Translations under genes and position numbers: made by a program
The notes under the pieces: generated by a model
Database searches by the model: none
The model's input: only the letters and a program-made list of their open reading frames with translations
Told to the model about the DNA's origin: nothing
Shown here: piece by piece, positions 62,710 to 64,000 of the stretch
Position numbering within the stretch: position 1 is the first letter of the stretch
Layout of the letters: every line of letters starts with the position of its first letter
NCBI GenBank assembly: GCA_034780895.1
Contig: JAUZTB010000033.1
Span: 10,447,477-10,511,476, forward strand
From: Rhynchobatus australiae
Taxonomy: Eukaryota
DNA length: 64,000 bases
Direction of reading: 5' to 3'

Positions 62710-63990
62710 AATAAAGGATAGAGATTGAAAGCATCTATGCATTTGAAGAACATGAAGGTGAATAAGTCCCCAGAGCCTGAGGCGAACTCTCTCAGGTTAT
62801 TGAGAGAGACAAAAGAAGATATGCCTGGGGCCTTGACGGAGATCTTTGTATCCTCTTTAGCCACAGACAAGGTCCAAGAGGACTAGAGTATAGACAATGC
62901 TGTTGTTTTAAGAAGGGAAACAGAAACAAACCAGGAAATTATCTGGTGAGCCTTACATCAGTGGTAGGGAAATTATTGAAGATTCTAAGGGATAGGATTT
63001 ACTTCCATCTGGAAAAGCATGGCTTTATTAGGGATAATCATCATGGCTTTGTGTAGTGAAGGTCATGTCTTACAAAAATTTTTTTGAGGAAGTATTGAAG
63101 TGATTGATGAGGGTAGGACAGTGGAAGCGATTTGGCCGAAAAGATAGGTGGGGTGATTAGCAAGTTTGCAGATGACACAAAAAAATGGCAGAGCTGTGGA
63201 TCGTGAGGAAGGTTGTCAAAGGATTCAGCAAATATAGACCAGCTGGAAATGTGGGCAGAGAAATGGCAGATAAGAGTTTAATCTGGACATACGAGTTGTT
63301 GCACTTTGGCAGGTCAAATCTCAATGGAGGAGGATACAGTGAATGGCAGGACTCTTAGGAGCACTTATGTACAAAGGATCTTGGAGTGCAAGTCCATAGC
63401 TCCCTGAAGGTGGCAATGCAAGTAGACTGGGTGGCAAAAAATCCAAATGGCATACTTGCCTTTATCAGGTGGAATACAGAGTATAAGATTTGGGCAGTCA
63501 TGTTGCAGCTGTATAAAACTTTGGTTAGGCTACATTTGAAGTACTGCAAACACTTCTGGTTGCCACATTTTAGGAAGGATGTGGAGGCTTTGGAGAGGGT
63601 GCGAAAGAGGTTCGCCAGGATGTTGCCTGGACTAAATAGTATTATCCAAAAGGAGCTGTCAAAAAGCTTCGACTGTTTTCTCTGGAGCATCGGAGGCTGA
63701 AGGACAACCTGATAGAAGTGCACAAAAATATGAGGGGCACAGATAGGGTAGATGGTCAGCGAATTTATACAGTGCATTCCAGGCATCTACCCCTCTATCA
63801 AGGGATGTGATGAAAACATTGAAGAGGCATTTAGACAGGCACCTGAACAGGCAGGGGATGGTGGGGGTGCTGGGGCGGGTGGAATATAGACAGTATGCAG
63901 GCAGATGGGATGAATTTAGAGTGACACCATGGCCAGCACAGACATCACAAGCCAAAAGGCCTGTTCCTGTGGTGTACTGTTCTATCTAAT
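62710..63990 (+). mobile_element. CR1-type LINE (internally deleted RT, C-terminus and tail)
   Basis: DKSPGPD-like start, SLTSVVGKLL, SKFADDT, QVHSSLKVAMQVD...LQLYKTLVRLHL...RKDVEALERV, and an aaaggcctgttcctgtggtgtactgttctat tail. Confidence 0.9.
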
Positions 63991-64000
63991 TTGAAAGCGA

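Overview
Vertebrate genomic DNA from a gappy draft assembly (many N runs). The repeat families suggest a cartilaginous fish (shark/ray); this is inferred from the repeats, not proven. Most of the window (about 17.5-61.6 kb, minus strand) is the 3' two-thirds of a liprin-alpha-1 gene (PPFIA1). I read out 14 well-supported coding exons with GT-AG sites and consistent phases, from the end of the coiled-coil region through the three SAM domains to the C-terminal ...TVRTYSC* PDZ-binding motif, plus a likely 3'UTR exon. One obligatory SAM2 exon (TLAYGDMNHEW...) is missing and probably lies in the N gap at 38119-38698. At about 6.3-7.1 kb there is a CpG-rich promoter and a non-coding first exon on the minus strand; by synteny with human 11q13 this is most likely cortactin (CTTN). 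The rest is mainly decayed retroelements: CR1-type LINEs, an RTE LINE, a Rex1/Babar LINE, Penelope-like remnants and SINEs. The most interesting signals are: a set of frame-preserving microexon candidates in PPFIA1 (3, 12, 27, 30 and 63 nt), including a 3-nt CAG|AAT|GTAAGT exon; a candidate internal first exon or poison exon (MGLLPFFTK); three possible C-termini around an Rbfox-flanked PDZ-motif exon; hammerhead-ribozyme-like cores in Penelope-derived repeats; and a possible spliced antisense transcript in the largest intron. There is no CRISPR array, rRNA or tRNA gene, and I found no clear evidence of a wholly new biological system.
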